NCBI GenBank assembly: GCA_036560685.1
Contig: DATBQT010000049.1
Coordinates: 1 to 30,859, forward strand
Direction of reading: 5' to 3'
Source: Acidimicrobiales bacterium
GTDB lineage: Bacteria; Actinomycetota; Acidimicrobiia; Acidimicrobiales; RAAP-2
Length of the DNA stretch: 30,859 nucleotides
Below are positions 1-9,454 of the stretch, one piece after another (position 1 is the stretch's first letter; every line of letters starts with the position of its first letter). The notes under the pieces were generated by a model. The model was given only the letters and a program-made list of their open reading frames with translations, was not told where the DNA came from and ran no database searches. Position numbers and translations under genes: made by a program.

Positions 1-2
1 GT

Positions 3-767
3 CCGTCCAACGTCGGGCTCATCGCCGGCACGCTTGTCGCGGCGGCTGTCGGCGGCCTGGTCGGCTTGCTCCTCGCCTTCATGGCCCTGCGCTACCGGGC
101 GAACCAGGTGATCGTGGGCGTCGTCATCGTCGCGTTCTGCACGGGCATGACGACGTTCCTCAATGACCAGGTCCTCGTGCCACACGCCTCGCTCAACCAG
201 ACGATCCAGGCACTTCCCATCGCCATCCCTGTGCTCTCTCGGATCCCGATCCTCGGACCTGCGCTCTTCGATCAGCCCTACTTCGTGTACCTCGCGCTCG
301 CGCTCGCCGCACTCATCAACTTCGGACTGTTCCGGACCCGCTGGGGCCTGCGCGTCCGGTCCGTGGGTGAGAAGCCGCGAGCATCCGAGACCGTCGGCAT
401 CAACGTCATCCGGACCAGATACTCGAACGTCATCCTTGGCGGGATGGTGGCCGGCATCGGCGGCGCAACATTTACCATCGGGTCCGGGATCAACTTCGGC
501 GTCGGGATGACGCAGGGCTACGGCTTCATCGCGCTGGCGATCATGATCGTCGGACGCTGGAAGCCGTGGGGTGCGGTCGCCGGCACGCTGCTCTTCGGCT
601 TCACGCTCTCGCTCGCCGCAAACATCAGCGTCTACTCATCGCAGGTCGCGATCCCCAGCCAGTTCTTGAATGCGTTGCCCTACATGGTCACCATCGCGGT
701 GGTCGCCGGGCTCGCGGGTCGGGTTCGCGCGCCCGCGGCAGACGGCATCCCCTACTCGCGCGAGTAG
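3..767 (+). CDS. ABC transporter permease, BMP/nucleoside (simple sugar) family; 5'-truncated by window edge
   Basis: Frame is open from position 3 (PSNVGLIAGTLVAAAVGG...). It is multi-TM and carries family motifs 'T.WGLRVRSVGEKP..SETVGINV' and 'G.GFIALAIMIVGRWKP', ending 'LAGRVRAPAADGIPY'. It sits beside nucleoside catabolic genes. Confidence 0.9.
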   Translation, partial: PSNVGLIAGTLVAAAVGGLVGLLLAFMALRYRANQVIVGVVIVAFCTGMTTFLNDQVLVPHASLNQTIQALPIAIPVLSRIPILGPALFDQPYFVYLALALAALINFGLFRTRWGLRVRSVGEKPRASETVGINVIRTRYSNVILGGMVAGIGGATFTIGSGINFGVGMTQGYGFIALAIMIVGRWKPWGAVAGTLLFGFTLSLAANISVYSSQVAIPSQFLNALPYMVTIAVVAGLAGRVRAPAADGIPYSRE

Positions 768-1682
768 TCAGCGCCAGGTGCGCGCGCCGACCGACGCGAC
801 GGCGCTCGACGCTGCCAGCGCGGCATCCGCGAGCGCCTCGTCGATGCCTCTCCGGCAGAGCCGGCGTGCGAGATACGTCGCGCAGAACGCGTCGCCTGCG
901 CCAGTCGTGTCCGTGACCACCGGAGCGTTCGCGGTCGCCCGGACCGACCGGCCGTCGCTTCTCTTGACCAGCACACCACTCGCGCCCAGAGTGAGCACTG
1001 CCTCACCTACGTCCTCCGCGAGACGCTCGACGATGTCTTCCGCACGCTCGAGTGACGTCAGTGCTGCCCCTTCGTCGAGATTTGCCAAGAGGTAGTCCGC
1101 GCCGGCGACCCACGACAGGAATGCGCCCGCCTCGAGCGACCGCAAGGGGGCGGCCGAGCTTGCGTCGACGGACAACGACGTGCCGGCCGCGCGGGCCCAC
1201 TCGACGGCACGGAGGCCCGCTGGCCGGGTCGACTCGTCCAGGAGGCAGTAGCCCGACACGTGCACGTGCGTGACACGTGCCATGGCGCTGAGCGCCCCAT
1301 CAACCATCTCGGGGGTCAGCTCGAGGTTTGCGCCCCGGTCCGTGAGCATCGAACGCTGCCCGTCTGGCTCGACGAGCGCGACCACCACGCCGGTGGCGCG
1401 CCGAACACGTCGCACCTTCTCGACCTGCACGCCTTCTGCGGCCAGGGTCCGCAGCGCCGCGTCGCCAACCGGGTCGTCCCCGATTGATGCAGCGATCGTC
1501 ACCGCCAGACCTGCGCGGGCTAGCCAGACCGCTTGATTCGCAGCCGATCCGCCCGGGGCGGTCGTGATCATCGACGGCGTGTCGGACGCATGCGCGAATG
1601 GCGCCGACACCAAGACGACGACATCCACCATCACGTCGCCGACGACCGCGACGGAGGGCGTGCTACGTGACTCGCCCGTCAC
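768..1682 (-). CDS. PfkB/ribokinase-family sugar kinase, probable pseudouridine kinase (PsuK-like)
   Basis: PfkB signatures 'PGGSAANQA' and 'DTTGAGDAF'. The GTG start overlaps the psuG TGA (GTGA). Substrate is inferred from linkage to psuG only. Confidence 0.85.
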   Translation of the reverse strand: MTGESRSTPSVAVVGDVMVDVVVLVSAPFAHASDTPSMITTAPGGSAANQAVWLARAGLAVTIAASIGDDPVGDAALRTLAAEGVQVEKVRRVRRATGVVVALVEPDGQRSMLTDRGANLELTPEMVDGALSAMARVTHVHVSGYCLLDESTRPAGLRAVEWARAAGTSLSVDASSAAPLRSLEAGAFLSWVAGADYLLANLDEGAALTSLERAEDIVERLAEDVGEAVLTLGASGVLVKRSDGRSVRATANAPVVTDTTGAGDAFCATYLARRLCRRGIDEALADAALAASSAVASVGARTWR

Positions 1683-2623
1683 GCGCTCGGCGCTGCCCCT
1701 CCATGAGCGACGAGCGCGACGGCCACCATCCCTGCCAGCGTCGCGTTGCCAAGCACCAGTGCGACGTTCGCACGTACGCTCGCCCCGCCGGTCGTCTGGG
1801 CGAAGTGATCCAGCAGGAACGGCGTCACGTCGGCTCCCGTCAGCCCGCGCTCTGAGGCGAGCTGGAGACCCTCTGCGAGTGCCCGGTCGTGCAGGGCGAG
1901 ATCCATCTGGTCGTCCTGTGGCACCGGGTTCGCGAGCAGCATCCCCCCGCCGCCGAAGCCGTTGTGCGCGGCGAACGCGGACGCGACCAGCTCAGGTGAG
2001 TCCACGGACCACTCGACGTGCAGCCCGGAGTCGACGACGTAGAAGCCCGGGAAGGACGTCGAGCCGTACGCAGCCACGGGAACGCCGAGCGTGTCGAGGC
2101 GCTCGAGGGTCGCGGCGACGTCCAGGATCGACTTCACCCCCGACGCGACGACGAGCACCGGTGTCCGCGAGAGCGCCACGAGGTCGGCCGACTCGTCGAA
2201 GGTGTCCCTCGCACCTAGGTGCACGCCGCCGATGCCGCCGGTTGCCATGACGCGGATCCGGGCAGCGGCGGCGAGTGCGACGGTGGCGGCGACGGTGGTC
2301 GCACCGTCGCTCCGCGACGCGGCGGCGAGCCCCAGGTCCCTTGTCGAGAGCTTGCGCACGGTCGCTCGCTGCTCGACGAGGCGGTCGATCTCGGCGCCCG
2401 CGAGTCCGACGACCGCGACGCCCTCGAGCATGCCGACAGTGGCGGGCACCGCGCCAGCCGCACGGACCGCCTGCTCGAGGTCAGCTGCGACCTTCACCGC
2501 GTCTTCGGGAGGGAGTCCGTGGACGAGCAGCGTCGTCTCCAGCGCCACCACACCTCGCCGGTCCGTGATCGCGTCGCGGACCTCGTCGGCGATCCGCACC
2601 GGCGTCTCCTCGGCGTGGCCCAC
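1679..2623 (-). CDS. psuG: pseudouridine-5'-phosphate glycosidase (IndA/PsuG family)
   Basis: Motifs 'VVALETTLLVHGLP', 'KLSTRDL', 'ATGGIGGVH', 'SADLVAL', 'GVKSILDV', 'VTPFLL'. Start moved from 2806 to the GTG at 2623, because the extension overlaps cdd antisense and a TACACT -10 lies just upstream. Confidence 0.92.
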   Translation of the reverse strand: MGHAEETPVRIADEVRDAITDRRGVVALETTLLVHGLPPEDAVKVAADLEQAVRAAGAVPATVGMLEGVAVVGLAGAEIDRLVEQRATVRKLSTRDLGLAAASRSDGATTVAATVALAAAARIRVMATGGIGGVHLGARDTFDESADLVALSRTPVLVVASGVKSILDVAATLERLDTLGVPVAAYGSTSFPGFYVVDSGLHVEWSVDSPELVASAFAAHNGFGGGGMLLANPVPQDDQMDLALHDRALAEGLQLASERGLTGADVTPFLLDHFAQTTGGASVRANVALVLGNATLAGMVAVALVAHGGAAPSA

Positions 2624-2651
2624 GATCGTCGAAGTGTAGTGTTCGCGCCTG

Positions 2652-3086
2652 ATGGCGGCTGGGCCCACGAGCGCGGATGCCGTCGACTGGCCGCGTCTTC
2701 GCAGCGCCGCCGACGACGTCGCGACTCGTGCACACGCGCCGTACTCCGGGCTGCGCGTCGGCGCCGCTGGCCTCGCAGAGGACGGGACGATGGTTACGGG
2801 CTGCAACGTGGAGAACGCGTCCTACGGCCTCACGCTCTGCGCTGAGTGCGGGCTCGCCTCGGCACTCGTCGCCGGCGCGCACGGACGCCTCGTCGCGCTG
2901 AGCGTGACCGCGGGCGACGGCCGCCCACTCGCACCATGCGGGCGGTGCCGCCAGATCCTCATGGAGCATGGCGGGCCGGAGCTCTTGGTAGACGCCGGTG
3001 CGGGTCGTGAGCCGCTGTCGCTCTCGTCGCTGCTGCCCGGCGCGTTCGATCGCGACGAGCTCGAGGCCCGGCGGCCCGACGCGTGA
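2652..3086 (+). CDS. cdd: cytidine deaminase
   Basis: Motifs 'APYS..RVGAA', 'GCNVENASYGLTLCAE' and 'PCGRCRQ' (Zn ligands). Confidence 0.95.
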   Translation: MAAGPTSADAVDWPRLRSAADDVATRAHAPYSGLRVGAAGLAEDGTMVTGCNVENASYGLTLCAECGLASALVAGAHGRLVALSVTAGDGRPLAPCGRCRQILMEHGGPELLVDAGAGREPLSLSSLLPGAFDRDELEARRPDA

Positions 3087-4375
3087 CAGGCGGCGGACAG
3101 TTCGACGCGGTCGAGATCATCCGCGCGAAGCGGGACCGACTCGAGCTCGCCGATGAGGAGATCCGCTGGATCCTGGAGGAGTACGTGCGTGGCGGCGTCG
3201 CCGACTACCAGGTCTCGTCGCTGCTCATGGCGGTGCTCCTGAACGGCCTGTCGAGCCGTGAGCTGTCCACGTGGACCTCAGCGATGATCGAGTCTGGCGA
3301 GCGGCTCGACCTGTCGCGGCTCTCGCGACCGACGGTGGACAAGCACTCGACCGGTGGTGTCGGCGACAAGGTGTCGCTGATCCTCGCGCCACTGGTCGCC
3401 GCCTGCGGCGCGGCGGTGCCGCAGCTCTCAGGACGGGGCCTCGGCCACACCGGCGGCACCCTTGACAAGCTCGAGTCCATTCCCGGGTGGCGCGCCACGC
3501 TCACGAACGACGAGGTGCTCGACCAGCTCGAGTCCGTGGGCTGTGTCATCTGCGCGGCGAGTGACGGGCTCGCGCCGGCCGACCGCAAGCTCTACGCCCT
3601 GCGCGACGTCACGGGCACCGTGGAGTCGATCCCGCTCATCGCCGCGTCGATCATGTCCAAGAAGATCGCCGAGGGCACCGCGTCGCTGGTCCTGGACGTG
3701 AAGGTCGGCACCGGGGCGTTCATGCGCGACCGCGTGCAGGCCACTGAGCTCGCTCGGACGATGGCGGGGCTCGGGCGCGACCACGGGGTCGCCACGGTCG
3801 CGCTCCTCACCGCGATGGACACGCCGCTCGGTCGTGCGGCTGGTAACGCCCTCGAAGTCCAGGAGTCGATCGACGTGCTCCAGGGCGGTGGACCTGCCGA
3901 CGTGGTGGAGGTCACCATCGCCCTCGCTGGCGAGATGCTCGCGCTCGCCGGCCTGCACGGCGAGGACCCCGCAACACGGCTGCGTGACGGGACCGCGTAC
4001 GACACCTATCGCACGATGATCGCCGCCCAGGGCGGCGATCCCGACGCCCCGATGCCGAAGGCTCGCGTGGTCCACACGCTGACAGCCGAGCGAGGTGGCA
4101 CGCTGCAGCGGCTCGACGCGATGGGCGTGGGCGTTGCGGCATGGCGACTGGGTGCCGGTCGCGCTCGCAAGGAGGACGCGGTGAGCGCGACCGCCGGGGT
4201 CGTCTGCCTCGCCAAGCCGGGCGACCTCGTGTCGGTGGGCCGGCCCCTCCTCGAGCTGCACACCGACGATGACGAGCTGATCCCGAGAGCGCTCGCGGCG
4301 CTCGAGGACGCGGTCGGCATCGACGACACCCCGTGGGCGGCGCCGCCGCTCCTCCTCGATCGCGTCGTCGGCTGA
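3083..4375 (+). CDS. deoA: thymidine / pyrimidine-nucleoside phosphorylase
   Basis: Motifs 'DKHSTGGVGDKVS', 'SGRGLGHTGGTLDKLESIPG', 'SIMSKKIAEG', 'LDVKVGTGAFM'. GTGA overlap with cdd. Confidence 0.95.
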   Translation: MTGGGQFDAVEIIRAKRDRLELADEEIRWILEEYVRGGVADYQVSSLLMAVLLNGLSSRELSTWTSAMIESGERLDLSRLSRPTVDKHSTGGVGDKVSLILAPLVAACGAAVPQLSGRGLGHTGGTLDKLESIPGWRATLTNDEVLDQLESVGCVICAASDGLAPADRKLYALRDVTGTVESIPLIAASIMSKKIAEGTASLVLDVKVGTGAFMRDRVQATELARTMAGLGRDHGVATVALLTAMDTPLGRAAGNALEVQESIDVLQGGGPADVVEVTIALAGEMLALAGLHGEDPATRLRDGTAYDTYRTMIAAQGGDPDAPMPKARVVHTLTAERGGTLQRLDAMGVGVAAWRLGAGRARKEDAVSATAGVVCLAKPGDLVSVGRPLLELHTDDDELIPRALAALEDAVGIDDTPWAAPPLLLDRVVG

Positions 4376-4828
4376 CTATGCCGGCGGCCCGGGCACCCCG
4401 AGCGCCGTCTGGAGCATCGACGCGGTCCTTCCGGCGAGCGACGTCGTCGGACTTCGCCGGTGCGCCCGGAGCGACGATGAGAAGTCCCCGAGCCGACACG
4501 GCCTGCCTGCGCGCACCGCGATGACGGGTGCCACGCGCCGGTAGGGGAACTGCCGGGCCTCGAGGCCAACGCCGACGATCGCAGCCCTCGAGATCCTCCG
4601 TGAGCGCACCTCGGTGCGCACGATGACGGCATCGTCGTCGACCTGCACGGAACCCATGCGAAGCACGCCAACGCCGAGCCAAAGGACGCCGGCTGCGAAC
4701 ACCCACACCGCAGCGCGAGCGAACCCAGGCATCGTCACGAGCAGGCCAACGACGACCAGCGATGCGCACAGCAGGCCGAGCGAGATCGCGAGCAGGACCC
4801 TGGGCTGCCACGGGCTCCTCGTCACCAC
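4376..4828 (-). CDS. small membrane protein: two N-terminal TM helices followed by a possible bacterial PH-like beta domain
   Basis: Two hydrophobic segments, then '[12 protein letters not shown]...RRISRAAI' resembling bPH domains. GGAGGT SD 8 nt before the GTG. It fills the gap between deoA and add exactly. Confidence 0.6.
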   Translation of the reverse strand: MVTRSPWQPRVLLAISLGLLCASLVVVGLLVTMPGFARAAVWVFAAGVLWLGVGVLRMGSVQVDDDAVIVRTEVRSRRISRAAIVGVGLEARQFPYRRVAPVIAVRAGRPCRLGDFSSSLRAHRRSPTTSLAGRTASMLQTALGVPGPPA

Positions 4829-4911
4829 CTTGGCGCACCTCCCGTGCCAATCATGTCGCGCACGAGCGGCGCATCGCGGATGCGCCAGAGGTCCGGCGAC
4901 GACCCACCCAT

Positions 4912-4917
4912 TACGAT
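4912..4917 (+). promoter_or_regulatory. -10 hexamer TACGAT, leaderless add promoter
   Basis: TANNNT 6 nt before the ATG and no SD present. Confidence 0.55.
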
Positions 4918-4923
4918 TCGACG

Positions 4924-6036
4924 ATGCCGACGGGCGACCAGCTGCTGCGAGCCCCGAAGGTGCTTCTCCACGACCACCTCGACGGTGGACTCCGCCCGGC
5001 GACGGTCATCGACCTCGCCGCCGAGTGCGGGCACACCGGGCTCCCGACGACCGACCCCGTCGCGCTCGGCGAGTGGTTCTCGAGCGACACCCCGAGGCGC
5101 GACCTCGTCCGCTACCTCGAAGGGTTCGCCCACACCGTGGCGGTGATGCAGCACAAAGACGCCATCTCGAGGGTCGCGACCGAGTGCGTGGAGGATCTCT
5201 CGCGTGACGGCGTGGTCTACGCAGAGGTCCGGTTCGCGCCGGAGCTGCACACCGAGGGCGGTCTGGACCTCGACGCCGTCGTCGAGGCGGTCCTCTTCGG
5301 CTTCGAGGCCGGCGCCGCCGAAGCGGCCCTCGCAGGGCGTCCGATCGTGGTCCGCGCGCTGCTCACCGCGATGCGCACGGCGGCGCGATCCCGTGAGATC
5401 GCCGAGCTCGCCGTGTCCTACCGCGATGCGGGGGTCTGCGGGTTCGACGTCGCAGGGGCCGAGGCGGGCTACCCGCCGACGCGGCACCTCGACGCGTTCC
5501 AGCTCATCCAACGGGAGAACTTCCACGCCACGCTGCACGCCGGCGAGGCGTTCGGGCTGCCCTCGATCTGGGAGGCGCTGCAGTGGTGCAACGCCGAGCG
5601 CCTCGGCCATGGCGTGCGGATCGTCGACGACATCCAGGTTGCAGAGGACGGGTCAGTCTCGCTCGGTCGCCTCGCGAGCTACGTGCGGGACCGACGCGTG
5701 CCACTCGAGATGTGCCCGACCTCCAACGTGCACACCGGCGCGGTCCGCACGCTCGCAGAGCACCCGATCGAGCTGCTGCGGCGCCTGCGGTTCCGCGTCA
5801 CGTTGAACACCGACAACCGGCTCATGAGCGGCGTCTCGATGACCTCGGAGATGGCGGCGCTCTGTCGCGTCTTCGACTGGGGGTTCGCCGACCTCGAGTG
5901 GCTGACGCTGAACGCGATGAAGAGCGCGTTCTACCCTTTCGACCACCGCCTCGCGCTCATCGACTCGGTGATCAAGCCGCGCTACGCGGCGCTCACCGCG
6001 GAGTCCGTCCGCACCGCAGGCGGCGCGAGGGCGTAG
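4924..6036 (+). CDS. add: adenosine deaminase
   Basis: Motifs '[15 protein letters not shown]', 'HAGEA', 'RLGHG', 'LEMCPTSN', 'NTDNRLMS'. Start set at ATG 4924, 6 nt after TACGAT. Confidence 0.95.
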   Translation: MPTGDQLLRAPKVLLHDHLDGGLRPATVIDLAAECGHTGLPTTDPVALGEWFSSDTPRRDLVRYLEGFAHTVAVMQHKDAISRVATECVEDLSRDGVVYAEVRFAPELHTEGGLDLDAVVEAVLFGFEAGAAEAALAGRPIVVRALLTAMRTAARSREIAELAVSYRDAGVCGFDVAGAEAGYPPTRHLDAFQLIQRENFHATLHAGEAFGLPSIWEALQWCNAERLGHGVRIVDDIQVAEDGSVSLGRLASYVRDRRVPLEMCPTSNVHTGAVRTLAEHPIELLRRLRFRVTLNTDNRLMSGVSMTSEMAALCRVFDWGFADLEWLTLNAMKSAFYPFDHRLALIDSVIKPRYAALTAESVRTAGGARA

Positions 6037-7725
6037 TCAGCCGCAGATCGCGTCGACGTCGGCGACGACGGCATCGAGGATCGCTCGTGCCCGCTCGCGC
6101 GACGTCACCACGTCGCCTCGTGGGACCGGCGGCTGGACGACCTCGACGTAGGCCTTCAGCTTCGGCTCGGTGCCACTCGGCCGGACCACCACGCGGATGA
6201 CCGACGCGCATCGAAGCCGCACCCCCTCGGTCGCCGGGAGCCCGTCGACGCCCATTGCCAGATCCTCGACGTCGCTGACCGCGGCCCCGCCGAGCGACGT
6301 CGGCGGGCTCGTGAGGAGCCCCTCGACCGTCGCGGCGATCGCGTCCTGGCCGCCTGCGCCCTCGCGCCGATACGAGCGCTGCACGGTGGCGTGCACGCCG
6401 AATCGGCTCGACAGCTCATCGAGCGCCTCGAGCAAGGAAGAGCCGTCTGCCTTGCGCTGTGCGGCGACCGCGCACGCGAGCAGCGCCGCGGACATGCCGT
6501 CCTTGTCAGCGACCGCATCGCTGACCGCGTAGCCGAGGGCCTCTTCGTAGGCGAAGACGAGCCGCCGGCCCCGCTCGGCGCCGGCGCGACCAAGCCACTT
6601 GAACCCCGTGAGCGTCTCGGCGAAGGCCACACCGTGAGACGCCGCGATCTCTGCGAGCATCGACGACGACACGATCGTCGTGGCGGCCAGCCGGTCCTCG
6701 CCCGAGGTCGCGGCGCACCGCACGTCGCCCAGGATCGCCCCCAGCTCGTCGCCCGAGAGCGGCCGGAACGACCCTCGGTCGGGCACCGCGACGCAGAGTC
6801 GATCGGCATCGGGGTCGTTCGCCACCACGAGGTCGGCGCCGATGCGCCTCGCGAGTGCGATGGCGAGGTCGAGCGCGCCGGGCTCTTCGGGGTTGGGGAA
6901 CGGCACGGTCGGGAACGCCGGGTCGGGCTCGGCCTGCTCGGCGACCTCCTCGACGGTGAAGCCCGCCCGGCGGAGCAGGCCGGGGACGACGGCACCACCG
7001 ACGCCGTGCAGTGGCGTGTAGGCGACGAGGAGGTCTCGGGGTCCCATGGGATCAACCAACGTGGCGAGGCGGGCCTCGTACGCGGCGAGCAGCGCCTCGT
7101 CGTCGATCGTCGCCACCACACCGGGCACGCTCGCCTGGGGCGGGGGCTCCACCGCTCGGCGCCGCGCAGCGGCCTCGATCTGCTCGTCGACGGGCGGGAC
7201 GATCTGGGATCCGTCTTCGTCGTAGACCTTGTAGCCGTTATCCCGCGCGGGGTTGTGGCTCGCGGTGACGACCACGCCGCCCGCCGCGCGCAGGTGGCGA
7301 ACCGAGAACGCGGCGAGTGGCGTGGGAAGCGGCCGGGCGAACTCGTGCACCGCGATGCCGCCGCGGCTGAGCACGTCGGTCGTCTCGCGTGCGAACGCAG
7401 CCGAGCCCCGTCGGGCGTCGCGGCCCACGACCACGCCGGCCCGCATCGCCGCGTCGCCCTTGCTCGTGATCCAGTCGGCCACTCCCTGGGCGGTGCGGCG
7501 CACGACCAAGCAGTTCATCGCGCCAGGTCCCGCCCCCTCGACGCCGCGAAGGCCCGCCGTCCCGAACGTGAGCGGGTGGTCGAACCGCTCGTGCAGGACC
7601 GTGGCGTCGCTGTCTGCGAGGAGGCGCTCGAGCTCCTCGCGCGTCGCAGGATCGGGATCAGCGGCGATCCAGTCGCGCGCGACTCGTTCGAGGTCGGGAT
7701 CGAGAGGTGAGGCGGTCCCGTTCAC
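6037..7725 (-). CDS. alpha-D-phosphohexomutase superfamily phospho-sugar mutase (PGM/PMM), probably acting as phosphopentomutase
   Basis: Motifs 'FGTAGLRG', catalytic 'TASHNP', metal loop 'DPDADR', 'YEEALGY', '[11 protein letters not shown]'. GTGA-coupled to punA. Confidence 0.9.
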   Translation of the reverse strand: MNGTASPLDPDLERVARDWIAADPDPATREELERLLADSDATVLHERFDHPLTFGTAGLRGVEGAGPGAMNCLVVRRTAQGVADWITSKGDAAMRAGVVVGRDARRGSAAFARETTDVLSRGGIAVHEFARPLPTPLAAFSVRHLRAAGGVVVTASHNPARDNGYKVYDEDGSQIVPPVDEQIEAAARRRAVEPPPQASVPGVVATIDDEALLAAYEARLATLVDPMGPRDLLVAYTPLHGVGGAVVPGLLRRAGFTVEEVAEQAEPDPAFPTVPFPNPEEPGALDLAIALARRIGADLVVANDPDADRLCVAVPDRGSFRPLSGDELGAILGDVRCAATSGEDRLAATTIVSSSMLAEIAASHGVAFAETLTGFKWLGRAGAERGRRLVFAYEEALGYAVSDAVADKDGMSAALLACAVAAQRKADGSSLLEALDELSSRFGVHATVQRSYRREGAGGQDAIAATVEGLLTSPPTSLGGAAVSDVEDLAMGVDGLPATEGVRLRCASVIRVVVRPSGTEPKLKAYVEVVQPPVPRGDVVTSRERARAILDAVVADVDAICG

Positions 7726-8546
7726 AGCCGCTCGACGACCGCGCGCAGCAGCGTGCCGAGGCCGGGAGCGGCGGCGGCGCCGGCCTCCAGGACCTCGGCG
7801 TGGTTGAGCGGCGTCGGCGAGACGCCGGCCGCGAGGTTGGTCACGAGCGAGATCCCGAGCACCTCGGCGCCGAGGTGTCGCGCCGCGATCGCCTCGAGCG
7901 CCGTTGACATGCCGACGAGGTCTGCGCCGAGCGCGCGGAGCATCGTGATCTCGGCGGGGGTCTCGTAGTGCGGGCCCCGCAGCGCGGCGTAGACGCCCTC
8001 TGCGAGGCCGGGGTGCACGGCCCTGGCGATCCCGCGCAGGCGCGCGGAGTAGACCTCCGAGAGGTCGACGAACCGCGAGGCGTACCCGTCGGGAGGCGGC
8101 GGTCCCGACAGCGGCGAGCGGTTCGTGAGGTTGAGGTGGTCCCTGATCGCCACGGGGGTGCCGGGCGCCCAGTCCGGGTCGAGCCCACCCGCGGCGTTCG
8201 TGAGCACGACCGTGGCGCAGCCCGCGAGGACCGCCGCCCTGACCCCGTGGACCACCTCGTGCTCGGTGCGGCCCTCGTAGAGGTGCACGCGACCCACCAG
8301 CACGAGGACGCGCGCCCCTCCGACGTCGAGTGCGCGGATCGACCCGGCGTGCCCCGCGACGGTGGGCGCGGCGAAGCCCGTCAGCTCGGCGGTGGGCACC
8401 TCGGCCGCCGGCGCGCCGAGGGTGTCCGCCGCGGGGAGCCAGCCCGAGCCGAGCACGATGGCGACGTCAGGGCGGCTGCCACCCGTGCGCTCGACGATCT
8501 CGAGCGCTGCGACCTCTGCCAGTGCGTACGGATCAGCAGACGGCAC
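7722..8546 (-). CDS. punA: purine nucleoside phosphorylase (trimeric PNP / XapA type)
   Basis: Motifs 'IVLGSG', 'GRVHLYEG', 'LTNAAGG', 'GPHYETPAE', '[10 protein letters not shown]', 'SLVTNLAAG'. Confidence 0.95.
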   Translation of the reverse strand: MPSADPYALAEVAALEIVERTGGSRPDVAIVLGSGWLPAADTLGAPAAEVPTAELTGFAAPTVAGHAGSIRALDVGGARVLVLVGRVHLYEGRTEHEVVHGVRAAVLAGCATVVLTNAAGGLDPDWAPGTPVAIRDHLNLTNRSPLSGPPPPDGYASRFVDLSEVYSARLRGIARAVHPGLAEGVYAALRGPHYETPAEITMLRALGADLVGMSTALEAIAARHLGAEVLGISLVTNLAAGVSPTPLNHAEVLEAGAAAAPGLGTLLRAVVERL

Positions 8547-8552
8547 CGCAGA

Positions 8553-8558
8553 AGCGTA
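8553..8558 (-). promoter_or_regulatory. -10 hexamer TACGCT, leaderless punA promoter internal to the deoC cluster
   Basis: TANNNT 6 nt before GTG 8546. Confidence 0.5.
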
Positions 8559-8584
8559 GCCACGGCCCTCTGTAGGCCCCGTGG

Positions 8585-9454
8585 TCAGATCCCGATCGGG
8601 TGCCAGACCGTCTTGGTCTCGACGAACCGGAGCAGTCGCGAGGTCCCGGGGTCCTTCGACCAGTCGAAGCCCACCGGCGCGGGCCGCGCGACGCGCTTGA
8701 TGTTCGTCGCACCAGCTGCCTCGAGCGCGCCGGCCGCCTCACCCGGCGCGCCAGCGAGGTCGAGCCCGTCGACGTCACGGTGGGCGGCGAGGACCGGGGC
8801 GAGCTCGTCGACCGGGCCGGTGAGCAGGTTGACGACGCCGCCAGGGACGTCAGACGTCGCGAGCACCTCGGTGAGTGTGACCGCGGGGAGCGGGCGCCGC
8901 TCGTCGGCGACGACGATCACGGTGTTCGCGGTGGCGACGACGGGGGCGACGACCGCGACGAGGCCGAGCAACGACGAGTCGGTCGGCGCGACGATACCGA
9001 CGACCCCCGTCGGCTCGGGCACTGAGAAGTTGAAGTAGGGGCCGGCCACGGGGTTCGACGACCCCGCCACCTGCGCCACCTTGTCGGTCCACCCCGCGTA
9101 CCAGACCCACAGGTCGATCGAGGCGGCGACCTGCGCCGATGCCGACCGCTGCGTCGCGCCCTCGGCGTCGCGGACGGCCGCCACGAACTGGTCGCGACGG
9201 TCCTCGAGCAGCTCGGCGACGCGGTAGAGGACCTGTCCGCGGTTGTACGCGGTCGCCGCTGACCACTTCGACAGGGCGGCACGCGCCGCCACGACCGCCT
9301 CGCGGACGTCCTTTCGCGACGCCCACGCCACGTTGGCGAGGAACCGCCCGTCGTGCGACTCGACGACGTAGGACCGACCCGACTCCGAGCGCGGGAACGC
9401 GCCCGCGATGAACAGCTTGTAGGTCTTCTTCACCTCGAGGCGCGGCTCAGACAT
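8585..9454 (-). CDS. truncated aldehyde dehydrogenase-family protein (NAD-binding-type domain only, no catalytic domain)
   Basis: Starts '[27 protein letters not shown]' and ends '[10 protein letters not shown]'. It lacks the PWNFP, ELGG and catalytic Cys motifs. It has its own GGAGG SD (9464-9468) and an 8-nt overlap with the upstream ALDH. Confidence 0.85.
   Translation of the reverse strand: MSEPRLEVKKTYKLFIAGAFPRSESGRSYVVESHDGRFLANVAWASRKDVREAVVAARAALSKWSAATAYNRGQVLYRVAELLEDRRDQFVAAVRDAEGATQRSASAQVAASIDLWVWYAGWTDKVAQVAGSSNPVAGPYFNFSVPEPTGVVGIVAPTDSSLLGLVAVVAPVVATANTVIVVADERRPLPAVTLTEVLATSDVPGGVVNLLTGPVDELAPVLAAHRDVDGLDLAGAPGEAAGALEAAGATNIKRVARPAPVGFDWSKDPGTSRLLRFVETKTVWHPIGI

Noticed and set aside
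9447-9454. Frameshifted single ALDH pseudogene
   Set aside because: The first ALDH has a complete C-terminus and the second has its own SD and start with an 8-nt overlap. There is no slippery sequence, so two real genes are more likely.
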